Shown piece by piece: positions 1 through 9,077 of a stretch of 64,000 bases of DNA. Source of the stretch: a virus. The stretch is taken from IMG/VR virus record IMGVR_UViG_3300009305_000018; one strand, given 5' to 3'. The first letter of the stretch is position 1. Each line of letters begins with the position of its first letter. The position numbers were made by a program, and so were the translations under genes. The notes under the pieces were generated by a model, which saw only the letters and a list, made by a program, of their open reading frames with translations, searched no databases and was not told the DNA's origin.

Positions 1-52
1 TACCACATTACAAGAGGTTTATTCACCATAAGCGAAGATAACACTTGAATAC

Positions 53-67
53 TTCGGTCATTCCGAA
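53..67. promoter_or_regulatory. Operator O1 TTCGGTCATTCCGAA
   Basis: 15-bp palindrome TTCGG-N5-CCGAA between cI and cro; matches two other copies. Confidence 0.75.
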
Positions 68-151
68 GAGGTGAAAAGATAGTAAACTACTAAGTTTATT
101 CGATAAAAAATAGAAATATACGTTAAAAGCGAAGAAAAGTCTATAAATCTA

Positions 152-180
152 TTGACAACTTCGGTATTACCGAATATACT
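152..180 (+). promoter_or_regulatory. Early lytic sigma-A promoter with operator O2 (160-174) in its spacer
   Basis: TTGACA(152-157)-17 bp-TATACT(175-180); the spacer contains TTCGGTATTACCGAA. Confidence 0.9.
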
Positions 181-212
181 AGGGTTAGTTAAGAGAGAGG
201 GGGCAGCAAATA

Positions 213-440
213 GTGCAATGGAATTTAATCATCACGCGAAAAGAAAATCACTTAAAGCAAGAAGATTTAGCCGAATTGTTAAACATTTCCACTGATGCGT
301 ACGGATTGAAGGAACGAGGGCAGGTTCAATTTAAGGCAGACGAAATGTTTATGCTGAGTGAATACTTCGGAAAGAGTATAGAACAACTTTTTTTACCGTC
401 AAACTTCGGTAATACCGAAAAAATGGAGGTGAGAGCATGA
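213..440 (+). CDS. cro: Cro-like XRE HTH regulator
   Basis: 75 aa HTH (QEDLAELLNIS...YGLKERG); first gene of the rightward operon, divergent from the repressor. Confidence 0.85.
   Translation: MQWNLIITRKENHLKQEDLAELLNISTDAYGLKERGQVQFKADEMFMLSEYFGKSIEQLFLPSNFGNTEKMEVRA
405..419. promoter_or_regulatory. Operator O3 TTCGGTAATACCGAA inside the cro 3' end
   Basis: Same palindrome as O2 with one central difference. Confidence 0.7.
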
Positions 441-982
441 AAAACAAATACGAAATTCGGGGTGAAGTAACGGCAATATTTATAAAATCTAAGAAGCACG
501 GTAACTTCGAAACACTTATTGACACTGATGATCTGGAAAAAGTGAAAGAGGCAAATACGTGGTATGTGAATTTGAATCCTAACAAATCGTTTTACGTGAA
601 TGGCTATATCGAAAAAGAAGGCAAAAGACAACTCGTAAGATTGCATCGTCACATCTTGGGTGTTACTAAACCAAATAAACAAGTAGACCATATATATCAG
701 GACACCTTAGACAATCGGAAGAGTTTCCTAAGATTAGTTAATCCTGCCGAAAACAATCAAAACAAACCTATGAATTCCAATAACACAAGCGGCATAACTG
801 GTGTCACATGGGATAAACGAGATAAAAGTTGGATAGCCCAAATCACGGTGAACTACAAAAATATGTATTTGGGTAATTTCCGTAATAAAGATCAAGCGAA
901 AGAGGCTCGTCTAGCGGGTGAAAGAAAATACTTCCACTATAAAAATTACTTACTGGAGGAGGGCAAGGCGACCCATGAATAA
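437..982 (+). CDS. HNH endonuclease with C-terminal AP2 domain
   Basis: RLHRHIL..VDHI...DNRK..L....N motif, then GITGVTWDK...WIAQI....MYLGNF (AP2). Confidence 0.85.
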   Translation: MKNKYEIRGEVTAIFIKSKKHGNFETLIDTDDLEKVKEANTWYVNLNPNKSFYVNGYIEKEGKRQLVRLHRHILGVTKPNKQVDHIYQDTLDNRKSFLRLVNPAENNQNKPMNSNNTSGITGVTWDKRDKSWIAQITVNYKNMYLGNFRNKDQAKEARLAGERKYFHYKNYLLEEGKATHE

Positions 983-1106
983 CCAAGTCATACCAAACGA
1001 CGTTAAAGCCGCAATGTGGCAATTCTTTTTAAAAACTTCCGTTCCGAGATTGATAGAACAGAAGCGGAAAGAATATGAAGAACAGCAAAAGGAGGAAATT
1101 AAATGA
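975..1106 (+). CDS. Small early phage protein (FFLKTSVPRL type)
   Basis: SD-like GGAGG upstream; overlaps neighbouring genes; 43 aa. Confidence 0.65.
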   Translation: MNNQVIPNDVKAAMWQFFLKTSVPRLIEQKRKEYEEQQKEEIK

Positions 1107-1225
1107 CTGACTGGGGACTGTTCACACTCTACGTCGCATTCATCGTTGGATTAGGAGTTGCGGCACATTTATTGCAAGCGGTTGAACAGAAGAGGTCTGA
1201 TAAAAAATTCGAGAGGCGGAAATGA
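1103..1225 (+). CDS. Small single-TM protein (40 aa; not in ORF track)
   Basis: AAGGAGG SD; ATGA overlap; MTDWGLFTLYVAFIVGLGVAAHLL... Confidence 0.65.
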   Translation: MTDWGLFTLYVAFIVGLGVAAHLLQAVEQKRSDKKFERRK

Positions 1226-1226
1226 A

Positions 1227-1559
1227 ATGACAGTATCTCTAAACGAAATTTCAACACTGGCACAACGAATTAAATCAATCATAAACGACTCAGAACACAC
1301 GGTACTCAGTGTCAACGTTTCTACTAGTAGCACCTTTGTACATCTAGACGCTATCAACTTTCTAACTGAATTCATCGAGTACGACATCGAAGTTGATGAC
1401 GATGAAGATTACCCATACGAATTCAAAGCAAAAAACGGTGGTGTCGAATTCTCAGCAATGATGTCTGTGGAGGAAGTTGTCGATTTAAAAGAATCTATAC
1501 CCGAACAATGGGAGTATATTCAGCGGAAAGTGCAGGTGGAGCCGAATGAACCTACCTGA
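1227..1559 (+). CDS. Hypothetical phage protein
   Basis: SD GAGG before ATG 1227; acidic 110 aa ORF in operon. Confidence 0.65.
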   Translation: MTVSLNEISTLAQRIKSIINDSEHTVLSVNVSTSSTFVHLDAINFLTEFIEYDIEVDDDEDYPYEFKAKNGGVEFSAMMSVEEVVDLKESIPEQWEYIQRKVQVEPNEPT

Positions 1560-1743
1560 TATAAACGATATCCATCCACAGGAAGAACCAATCCAATTCT
1601 TCAAATGTATAGCATGTGGAATTGAAATCTTCGAAGGTGAAGAATATGTAGAACACGGTGGGAATGCTTTTTGTGATATGGCTTGCTTGTCTAGCATTCT
1701 TCTATCAGAAGGGAATGCGGAGAGGAGGATTGCAGGGGAATGA
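1546..1743 (+). CDS. Small Zn-binding protein
   Basis: CIACG..I..GEEY......FCD..C motif. Confidence 0.7.
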   Translation: MNLPDINDIHPQEEPIQFFKCIACGIEIFEGEEYVEHGGNAFCDMACLSSILLSEGNAERRIAGE

Positions 1744-2387
1744 GAAAGTTAAAAGTGTTGGAACTGTTTGCAGGAACTAGAAGTATCGGTAAAGCCTTTG
1801 AATCCCAGGGACATGAAGTGTTTTCAGTTGAGTGGGACAAGCAGCATGAAAATATTGATTGGTATGCGGATATAGGTACGATCACCGCAGCGGACATCAT
1901 TGAAAGGTTTGGAGTACCTGACGTAATATGGGCATCCCCGGACTGTACATCTTATTCAATAGCAGCGATCTCCCATCACAGGACACGGGAAGAGGACGGG
2001 AATCTTGCACCCAAGTCCGAATACGCTAAGTTATCCGATGCAGTAAACGCAAACGTGTTGAAGCTTATCTATGATTTACAGCCGAAATACTACTTTATCG
2101 AGAATCCTAGAGGTGGTATGCGGAAAATGGCGTTTATGTCCGGCTTACCACGCTACACTGTTTGGTACTGCCAATATGGGGATACAAGGGCCAAACCGAC
2201 AGACCTATGGACGAATCATCCGTATCCACAATTCAAACCCGTCTGCAAGAACGGGAATAAGGATTGTCACCACGAACCTGCACCTAGAGGTAGCAAAACT
2301 GGCACACAAGGCCTAAAGAATTCCCTGGAACGTTCAAGGATACCGTCAGAGTTGTGCGAACACATAGCAAGAATATCAGAACAATAA
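1740..2387 (+). CDS. Compact DNA (cytosine-5) methyltransferase
   Basis: Motif I LELFAGT, motif IV ASPDC, motif VI IENP, motif X-like ERSRIP. Confidence 0.8.
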   Translation: MRKLKVLELFAGTRSIGKAFESQGHEVFSVEWDKQHENIDWYADIGTITAADIIERFGVPDVIWASPDCTSYSIAAISHHRTREEDGNLAPKSEYAKLSDAVNANVLKLIYDLQPKYYFIENPRGGMRKMAFMSGLPRYTVWYCQYGDTRAKPTDLWTNHPYPQFKPVCKNGNKDCHHEPAPRGSKTGTQGLKNSLERSRIPSELCEHIARISEQ

Positions 2388-2467
2388 AAAGAACCGTCTG
2401 CAAACGGTCCTAGTTTGAAACGAAACCTATTCACCACCATTTTACCACACAAAGGGAGGATATATAC

Positions 2468-3001
2468 ATGCATGAACTACAAAATAGTGAAGTCGAAGAA
2501 AAAGTACGCTTCGAAATCACGGATATAGGCAGCTTGAATTGGGTGTTTCGCGAAGTATTAATCCCGTTGAAATCCGAAATCGAAACAAACAAAGCGTTAG
2601 CTAAAGCGGAAATCGAACGTGTGAATAAATGGTTGGAAGATGTGAATAAATCCAATTCGCAAAAAGTCGAAGAATGGGAACAGCGTATTCAAGATTATCA
2701 CTTCCACACATTGTTAAGCGACCCGAAAGCTAAAACGCTATCTACTCCATACGGTAAAAGTAAATCCAGAGCATCGAAAGCAGCTCCAGAACAAGCTGAT
2801 AAAGACGCCTTGCTCGTCCATCTCTTAAGTAATGATATGCAGGACTATATCAAGAAAGAACCGATGTGGGGAGATTTTAAAAAGTCGTTATCCGTTGCGA
2901 ATGTCGACGGTGTTCTAACCGCGTTCGATGAAACTGGACAAGCAGTTCCTGGGGTAGTTATTAAACCGGATTCGATTAGCTTTTCTGTCGAGGTGACGTG
3001 A
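2468..3001 (+). CDS. Gam-like host-nuclease inhibitor
   Basis: Coiled coil followed by KTLSTPYGKSKSR, as in the Mu Gam-like family; upstream of the recombination ATPase. Confidence 0.65.
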   Translation: MHELQNSEVEEKVRFEITDIGSLNWVFREVLIPLKSEIETNKALAKAEIERVNKWLEDVNKSNSQKVEEWEQRIQDYHFHTLLSDPKAKTLSTPYGKSKSRASKAAPEQADKDALLVHLLSNDMQDYIKKEPMWGDFKKSLSVANVDGVLTAFDETGQAVPGVVIKPDSISFSVEVT

Positions 3002-3002
3002 A

Positions 3003-3722
3003 ATGAAAATCACCAATGCCGAAAACATCACGAAAGATAAAGCTACTTACCTTCTGTATGCGGCGCCAGGCATCGGGAAAACGCACACTATCCGATTCTT
3101 ACCGAAAGACGAGAGAGTGTTAGTTATCGACATTGACAAAACATCTCACGTTCTAAAGGGAGAAAAAAATATTGACGTGCTAGACTTCCCGACTGAATCA
3201 GCATGGACATCGTGGACGGAGTTATTGAAGATGCTGAAAGGTGGACTGGCCGACGAATACGACACGATAGTAGTAGACAATATTTCAGAGTTGGTCAGAG
3301 CAATGTTGGCCGAAGCTGGAAGTACCGGAAAAAATAAAGGTGCACCGGAGTTGGCTCACTATAACAGATTAGATTTCTTCTTAATGAGGGAAGTTGTTCG
3401 AGCCATCAAGGGGTTAGATAAAAGGGTTGTTTTCCTCGCTTGGGAGATGACAGACGAGTGGCAGACCTCAGCAGGACAAACTTTCAATCGAGTGTACCCA
3501 CACTTTCGAAAAACGATACTGGAGAACCTAATGGGGTTGTGCGATGTGGTCGGTAGATTAGTGTATGTCCCTGAATCGGGTAATAGAGGATTCTACTTGC
3601 AGCCGAATGACGAAATGTTCGCGAAAAATCAGTTGGATGCCAGGAAGAATTGCTTGCAGGAGGATATTTTCAAGGTTGGATATGTACCAAGTAAGGGTGG
3701 TGCCGATGTTCAAACTCCATGA
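3003..3722 (+). CDS. AAA_24 / Sak4-like phage recombination ATPase
   Basis: Walker A YAAPGIGKT, Walker B TIVVDNISE, VVFLAWE. Confidence 0.8.
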   Translation: MKITNAENITKDKATYLLYAAPGIGKTHTIRFLPKDERVLVIDIDKTSHVLKGEKNIDVLDFPTESAWTSWTELLKMLKGGLADEYDTIVVDNISELVRAMLAEAGSTGKNKGAPELAHYNRLDFFLMREVVRAIKGLDKRVVFLAWEMTDEWQTSAGQTFNRVYPHFRKTILENLMGLCDVVGRLVYVPESGNRGFYLQPNDEMFAKNQLDARKNCLQEDIFKVGYVPSKGGADVQTP

Positions 3723-5037
3723 CTACCAACGAACGCTAGTTAATCGCACCAGGCAGTCGTACATGGACGGTTTTAAATCACCTTGTGTAGTTGCCCCGTG
3801 CGGCGCAGGAAAATCAATTATTATATCAGAAATCGCTAGAATGACGACTGATAAAGGTAATCGCGTGTTGTTCCTCGTCCACAGAAAAGAATTGATTGAT
3901 CAGATACGCGGCACTTTCAGAAACAACGAAGTTGATATGAGTTTGGTAGATTTCGGCATGGTTCAGACGGTTGTCCGTAGGTTAGAAAAAACAGCTAAAC
4001 CAGCATTAATCATCACGGATGAATCGCACCACGGTTTGGCTGCATCGTATCGAAAGATATACGCCCACTTTTCAGACGTACCGAAATTAGGCTTCACCGC
4101 AACCCCAATCAGAATGAACGGATCCGGTATGGGAGATATCAACGACATCTTAATAGAAGAAGTCGATGCAGAATGGTTGATTGAAAATGGTTTTCTCTCT
4201 CCCTATAAATACTATTCGGTGAAGCTGATAAATGAGGAACATCTGGAAGTGAATAGACTGCAAGAATTCTCGAATGAATCGATTGGTAACACCTTGAAAG
4301 AAAACAAGGCAATCTACGGCGATATGGTACGGCACTATCGAAAGTTAGCGGATGGCGAACAGACAATTTGTTATTGCCACAGTATTGAGTCCAGTCTCCA
4401 AGCAAAACAGGAGTTTCTTGATAACGGCATAAACGCCGAACACATCGACGCGAAAACACCGAAAGTCGAACGTGATGAAATCATTCAGAAATTCCGTGAT
4501 GGAGAAATTCGGATTTTGTGCAACGTTGATCTGATAGGCGAGGGCTTCGATGTGCCAGACTGTTCCACAGTCATCATGTTGCGTCCGACTCAATCCCTAT
4601 CCCTCTTTATTCAACAGAGCATGAGGGGCATGAGATACAAGCCTGGTAAGACGAGCATCATCATTGATCACGTTGCGAACGTTCACCGATTCGGATTGCC
4701 TGATGAAAAGCGTAAATGGAGTTTGGAAGGTAAAAAGAAATCGACTATTAAAATGGAAGTGCCTATATCAGAATGCATTAATTGCTTTGCTGCATATCCG
4801 GCCGGAAGTAAAGAGTGTCCGCACTGTGGGCATGTAAGCAAAACTGATCCTGCTAAAGAAAAAGAAGTCATTGAAGCTGAATTGGAAGAAATCAATAAAG
4901 GTGACATCGTGTTGAAACTCGATTTCCGCGAACCGTCCGACTGCAAAGATATGGGTGAACTGTACGATTTAGCGAAGAATCGCGGATATAAAAGAGGTTG
5001 GGCATATCACCAGTGTAAGTTGCTTGGATTGTTATAG
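3706..5037 (+). CDS. SF2 DEAD/DEAH-box helicase with C-terminal Zn ribbon
   Basis: APCGAGKS, DESHH, GFTATP, EGFDVPD, QQSMRGMR; CINC...CPHC; start moved to ATG 3706 (SD AAGGGTGG). Confidence 0.92.
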   Translation: MFKLHDYQRTLVNRTRQSYMDGFKSPCVVAPCGAGKSIIISEIARMTTDKGNRVLFLVHRKELIDQIRGTFRNNEVDMSLVDFGMVQTVVRRLEKTAKPALIITDESHHGLAASYRKIYAHFSDVPKLGFTATPIRMNGSGMGDINDILIEEVDAEWLIENGFLSPYKYYSVKLINEEHLEVNRLQEFSNESIGNTLKENKAIYGDMVRHYRKLADGEQTICYCHSIESSLQAKQEFLDNGINAEHIDAKTPKVERDEIIQKFRDGEIRILCNVDLIGEGFDVPDCSTVIMLRPTQSLSLFIQQSMRGMRYKPGKTSIIIDHVANVHRFGLPDEKRKWSLEGKKKSTIKMEVPISECINCFAAYPAGSKECPHCGHVSKTDPAKEKEVIEAELEEINKGDIVLKLDFREPSDCKDMGELYDLAKNRGYKRGWAYHQCKLLGLL

Positions 5038-5052
5038 AGGGGAGAGGTAATA

Positions 5053-5250
5053 GTGAAAATTATTTGGAAAGATAACTTCGATAGAGATTTATATTCCGAA
5101 GTAGTTGTTGCTGAAAACGTAGATAAATACGTTGGTCAAGACTTGGTGAAGTTGCACAATGATAAATATTGGGATGGTCAATCCAATTCTTACCTTGCAT
5201 TGGTCGAGGATGATTACGAATTGTATGACGGTTATGCAGATTTACTTTAA
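5053..5250 (+). CDS. Hypothetical phage protein
   Basis: SD GAGGT; 65 aa in operon. Confidence 0.65.
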   Translation: MKIIWKDNFDRDLYSEVVVAENVDKYVGQDLVKLHNDKYWDGQSNSYLALVEDDYELYDGYADLL

Positions 5251-5297
5251 TGCAACGCTAAACACAAAAAAACTAAACCAGAAAAGGATGATTAATT

Positions 5298-5822
5298 ATG
5301 ACAGGATTCTCACTAGATTTCGAAAACACATTTGAAGGAACAGGTATTGCAGACGGGACTTATGAGGTTGTTATCTCACTAACGGGCGAAGATGCTACTA
5401 AAAACGGTGCGGAATATGCGGAATTCAGACTCACGCTCCGCAATGACATTGACCAGAAACACAAAAATATGATTATCTTCGAGAAACTTTGGAAGACGAA
5501 AGATACAGGGAAATACAACATGATGATGTTTAACACGATTGGGAAAGCTGCACAACTGCCAAAAGGAAAGTCGTATTCATCCATGAATGAATTGCTTGGT
5601 GATTACGTTGGTAAGCCACTGAAAGTCACGGTGAAAAACGAAGAATCTGAGTATAACGGTAAAACTTACAACAATCTAAACGTAAAAAAATGGGATGTTA
5701 CGAGTTTCCCGAATGTGCAGCATAAACAGAAGGTGAAAGAAAACGCTGGTGGAGTGCAAAACGATCCTTTCGCAGGGAACAGCGGCCCGATAACTGTCGA
5801 AGATGACGACCTACCGTTCTGA
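5298..5822 (+). CDS. ssb: DUF669-type single-stranded DNA-binding protein
   Basis: GTYEVVI, KPLKVTVKNEE..YNGKTY, acidic tail EDDDLPF. Confidence 0.8.
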   Translation: MTGFSLDFENTFEGTGIADGTYEVVISLTGEDATKNGAEYAEFRLTLRNDIDQKHKNMIIFEKLWKTKDTGKYNMMMFNTIGKAAQLPKGKSYSSMNELLGDYVGKPLKVTVKNEESEYNGKTYNNLNVKKWDVTSFPNVQHKQKVKENAGGVQNDPFAGNSGPITVEDDDLPF

Positions 5823-5839
5823 GAAAGGAATGACGCTGA

Positions 5840-8140
5840 ATGTACTCAAAAATACCTTATGAATTAAAAGAACTTGATCGTTGGTGTTGCTTCAAGATTG
5901 TCGAACGCAACGGCAGACATACAAAAATGCCTGTCGATGCGAATACAGGCGAGTTAGCAAAAAGTAATGATGAAGCAACTTGGGCAGATTTCGATACTGC
6001 CCTCGCCGCTTCAATAGCTTATGACGGCATCGGATTCTTTTTCAAAGAACCATACGTCGGGATAGATATTGATGACGTTGGCGGAGAAATCGAAGATTAC
6101 AAAAACGATAAACACGATGATAATATCGTTTCCGAATTTGTGGACATGCTCGGCAGTTATGCAGAAGTATCGCCATCCGGTAACGGAATCCACATCATCG
6201 TTAAAGGTGAGTTGCCACCGACTGGCAGACGTAAAGGAAACATTGAAATCTATACAGCAGGACGCTTCTTCACAGTGACAGGGAATCACCTGGGCGGTTA
6301 TACGCACATCACAGACGACGAAGACTACGGAAAGATAAAATTCCTCCACAGTAAATATATAGAAACGTCTGAACCTACTCCTGTTCGCAACATTAAAGAT
6401 GGAGAGGGGAACGACCTACCGGAAAGCGATTTAATCCGCATTGCTTCTAATAGTAAGAACGGGATGCGGTTTAAATTATTTATAAGTGGCGGATGGGAAC
6501 AATTCTACAGCAGTCAATCCGAAGCGGATATGGCATTCGCGAACGATTTAGCTTTCTGGACTTCGAGGGATTACGGAAAGATGGATAACATCTTCCGAGG
6601 ATCTTCTCTCTATCGTGAAAAATGGGACGGCAAGCGCGGGGAATCTACTTATGGAAATGACACATTAAATAAAGCAATTGCAGACTGTACAAACGTATTC
6701 AGTCCAGCACCACAGGATGATGATTATCAATTGTACATTATGGAACATGACGTGAAAGAAGTGAAAAACAAATACTTTTCCTACGATGATACAGGCAATG
6801 CAGAACGCTTCACATCGTTGCACGGTGAGATTCTGAGGTACAGCTATATTCGGAAGAATTGGTATTTCTACGACAGCAAGAAATGGGTCACGGATCAAGA
6901 AGGAAAAATCAAAACGATGGCCGACCAAGTTCTTGCAAAAATGAAGAGTGAGAGAATATTCATCCCCGAAGATGCGGATGAAGAAGTAATGAAAAAAGCG
7001 TTTCAGAAACACGTTAAATCAACACGTAATCATAACGGTAAAACGAACATGATTAAAGAAAGTGAGCATTTATTGCCTGTTAAATCAGAAGCATTCGATG
7101 GTGACCAACATCTATTTAACGTACAAAACGGCTACTTAGATTTAAAAGCAGGGAAACTGAACGATCACGACAAGGAAAAATACTTCACGAAAATATCTAA
7201 TGTGGAGTACACAAATAAAGCGGATTGCCCATTATGGGACGAGTTCCTAGAAACTATTTTCGATGGTGATAAATCGTTGATTAATTACATTCAAAGAGCG
7301 GTTGGTTACTCTCTCTCTGGATCCACAGAGGAGCAAGTGATGTTCGTACTCCACGGAAACGGACGTAACGGTAAGTCAGTATTTCTCGACATTGTAACGG
7401 ATCTATTCGGCAGCTACTCAACAAATATTCAACCACACGCGATTATGGTGAAACAAAATCAAGGCGGTGCAGCTAATCCAGACATTGCGAAATTAGCAGG
7501 AGCGCGCCTAGTAACGACGGTAGAGCCTAACGAGGGTGAAAGGTTCGATGAAGGGTTAATCAAACAGATGACGGGTGGAGATAAGATTACAGCCCGCTTC
7601 CTATATGAAGACGAATTCGAATATACTCCACAGTTTAAAATCTGGATGGCCACCAATCATAAACCGTTAATCAGAGGTACGGATGACGGGATATGGCGAA
7701 GACTTGCAATCGTACCGTTCACTGTGCAGATACCCGAAAACAGGGTTGATAAGAAACTCTCCCACAAGCTAAGGAGAGAGATAAACGCCATTCTCCATTG
7801 GGCAGTGGAGGGTTATCTAATGTGGCAGAAAGACGGGCTGCAGGAACCACAAGTAATAAAAGATCAACGGCAAGAATACCGCACAGAGATGGACGCTGTA
7901 GAACTGTTCATCGAGGAATGCTGTGTGAGGGATGACTTTTCCAACGTCCAAGCAAAATCAGTCTTCCAAGCATATTCAGAGTGGGCGGGAGAAAACAGGC
8001 AACACAATATGAGCAGTACGAAATTCGGTAGGGAAATGGGTAAGAAATTTCATAAAAGAAAGTCTAACGGGGTAGTAGTTTACGGTGGATTGAAGTTACT
8101 GGACATACAAAGAAAATTCGAACACACGATGAATTACTAA
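5840..8140 (+). CDS. Primase-polymerase fused to P4/D5-family SF3 helicase
   Basis: GIDIDD and EVSPSGNGIH prim-pol motifs; PriCT-like SQSEAD; HGNGRNGKS Walker A; FKIWMATNHKP; DDGIWRR. Confidence 0.92.
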   Translation: MYSKIPYELKELDRWCCFKIVERNGRHTKMPVDANTGELAKSNDEATWADFDTALAASIAYDGIGFFFKEPYVGIDIDDVGGEIEDYKNDKHDDNIVSEFVDMLGSYAEVSPSGNGIHIIVKGELPPTGRRKGNIEIYTAGRFFTVTGNHLGGYTHITDDEDYGKIKFLHSKYIETSEPTPVRNIKDGEGNDLPESDLIRIASNSKNGMRFKLFISGGWEQFYSSQSEADMAFANDLAFWTSRDYGKMDNIFRGSSLYREKWDGKRGESTYGNDTLNKAIADCTNVFSPAPQDDDYQLYIMEHDVKEVKNKYFSYDDTGNAERFTSLHGEILRYSYIRKNWYFYDSKKWVTDQEGKIKTMADQVLAKMKSERIFIPEDADEEVMKKAFQKHVKSTRNHNGKTNMIKESEHLLPVKSEAFDGDQHLFNVQNGYLDLKAGKLNDHDKEKYFTKISNVEYTNKADCPLWDEFLETIFDGDKSLINYIQRAVGYSLSGSTEEQVMFVLHGNGRNGKSVFLDIVTDLFGSYSTNIQPHAIMVKQNQGGAANPDIAKLAGARLVTTVEPNEGERFDEGLIKQMTGGDKITARFLYEDEFEYTPQFKIWMATNHKPLIRGTDDGIWRRLAIVPFTVQIPENRVDKKLSHKLRREINAILHWAVEGYLMWQKDGLQEPQVIKDQRQEYRTEMDAVELFIEECCVRDDFSNVQAKSVFQAYSEWAGENRQHNMSSTKFGREMGKKFHKRKSNGVVVYGGLKLLDIQRKFEHTMNY

Positions 8141-8261
8141 ATTAATTACCATTTATTGTGCGTTGTGAAAAGTATGTGAAGTGTTTCACAAGACTTCGAA
8201 AGACTGAATTATCAGAAATGGTTACTATGTACCCAGTCAGTAAATGGCAAATATAAATATG

Positions 8262-8465
8262 TAGGGATAGTTGGTGGATAGTTTAGGGATAGTTGAGAGA
8301 AAACCCTCCCTGTCTGCAAACCCTTGGTATATTTACCTTTCTATTACTCTTTATTTCTTTTAGGGATAGTAGGGATAGAAAAATATAAAAGTAGATAAAT
8401 AAATATATAAATATATTCCTATAGAGAGTTGTTGGAAATGGGGTCAAACTGTCCTAACTATCCCT
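8262..8465. repeat. Putative replication origin: TAGGGATAG iterons around an AT-rich tract
   Basis: TAGGGATAG at 8262, 8284, 8361, 8370; inverted AACTATCCCT at 8456-8465; AT-rich 8379-8420; directly after the primase gene. Confidence 0.7.
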
Positions 8466-8489
8466 GAACGTATTTTAGGAGGTAATTCC

Positions 8490-8801
8490 ATGAGAGAAGC
8501 CGACATACAAAATTCAATCCGTATAGCGTTAAATCCATACGCAGTTATCTTCCGTGTAAACTCCGGAAAAGTCAGAATGGCAGACGGACGTTATTTCGAT
8601 ACTGGCGTTCCTGTAGGTCACACCGATTTAGCGGGATTCAGAAAAAGTGACGGTAAAGCAATATATATCGAGGTAAAAACCGAAAAAGGCAAGTTGCGAG
8701 AATCGCAGAAGAAATTTATATCTGTCGTAGGTGAGTACCCCGTGATTGTTGGGGTTTGCAGGAGTCCTCAAGAAGCAATCGATTTAGTTTTAGGTAAATA
8801 A
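8490..8801 (+). CDS. VRR-NUC domain nuclease
   Basis: G..DL.G......IYIEVKTEKGKLRESQKKF. Confidence 0.9.
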   Translation: MREADIQNSIRIALNPYAVIFRVNSGKVRMADGRYFDTGVPVGHTDLAGFRKSDGKAIYIEVKTEKGKLRESQKKFISVVGEYPVIVGVCRSPQEAIDLVLGK

Positions 8802-8830
8802 AAAAGGGCATTATTTGCCCTCTTTCTTTT
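8800..8830. terminator. Bidirectional intrinsic terminator
   Basis: AAAAAAGGGCA-TTATT-TGCCCTCTTTCTTTT between convergent genes. Confidence 0.7.
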
Positions 8831-8954
8831 CAACATATTCCTTTAAAATCAAATTCACCATTTGGCTGAAACTTCTACTTTCTTTTTCACTAATTTCTTT
8901 AATCTTGGTATTAACATCTTGATCGATTGTAACGGTTACTCTGTCTTTTATCAT
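8811..8954 (-). CDS. Arc/CopG-like ribbon-helix-helix protein (47 aa)
   Basis: RVTVTID.DV..KIKEISEKESRSFSQMVNLIL; SD AAAGGAG before ATG 8954. Confidence 0.85.
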   Translation of the reverse strand: MIKDRVTVTIDQDVNTKIKEISEKESRSFSQMVNLILKEYVEKKEGK

Positions 8955-8975
8955 AAAAACAACTCCTTTCAAAAC

Positions 8976-9040
8976 ATTATATAACTTTCTCACATTTAAT
9001 ACAACATAGTATGCATTAGTATGAGGAAGTATGATATAAT
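8976..9040. promoter_or_regulatory. Divergent sigma-A promoters with three AGTATG repeats
   Basis: Minus strand TTGTAT-17-TATAAT (9004..8976); plus strand TGaTATAAT (9032-9040); AGTATG at 9008, 9018, 9028. Confidence 0.75.
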
Positions 9041-9077
9041 AGAGTTAATAGAAATGACAAAAGGGAGTTGTATTGAT

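Noticed and set aside
3565-3705. N-terminal extension of the helicase given by the ORF track
   Set aside because: Overlaps the AAA ATPase gene; the SD-supported start is ATG 3706
8451-8461. 11-mer GTCCTAACTAT shared between the origin and the ParM intergenic region (37273-37283)
   Set aside because: A single 11-bp match between two non-coding regions is roughly what chance gives; not enough to link origin and partition site
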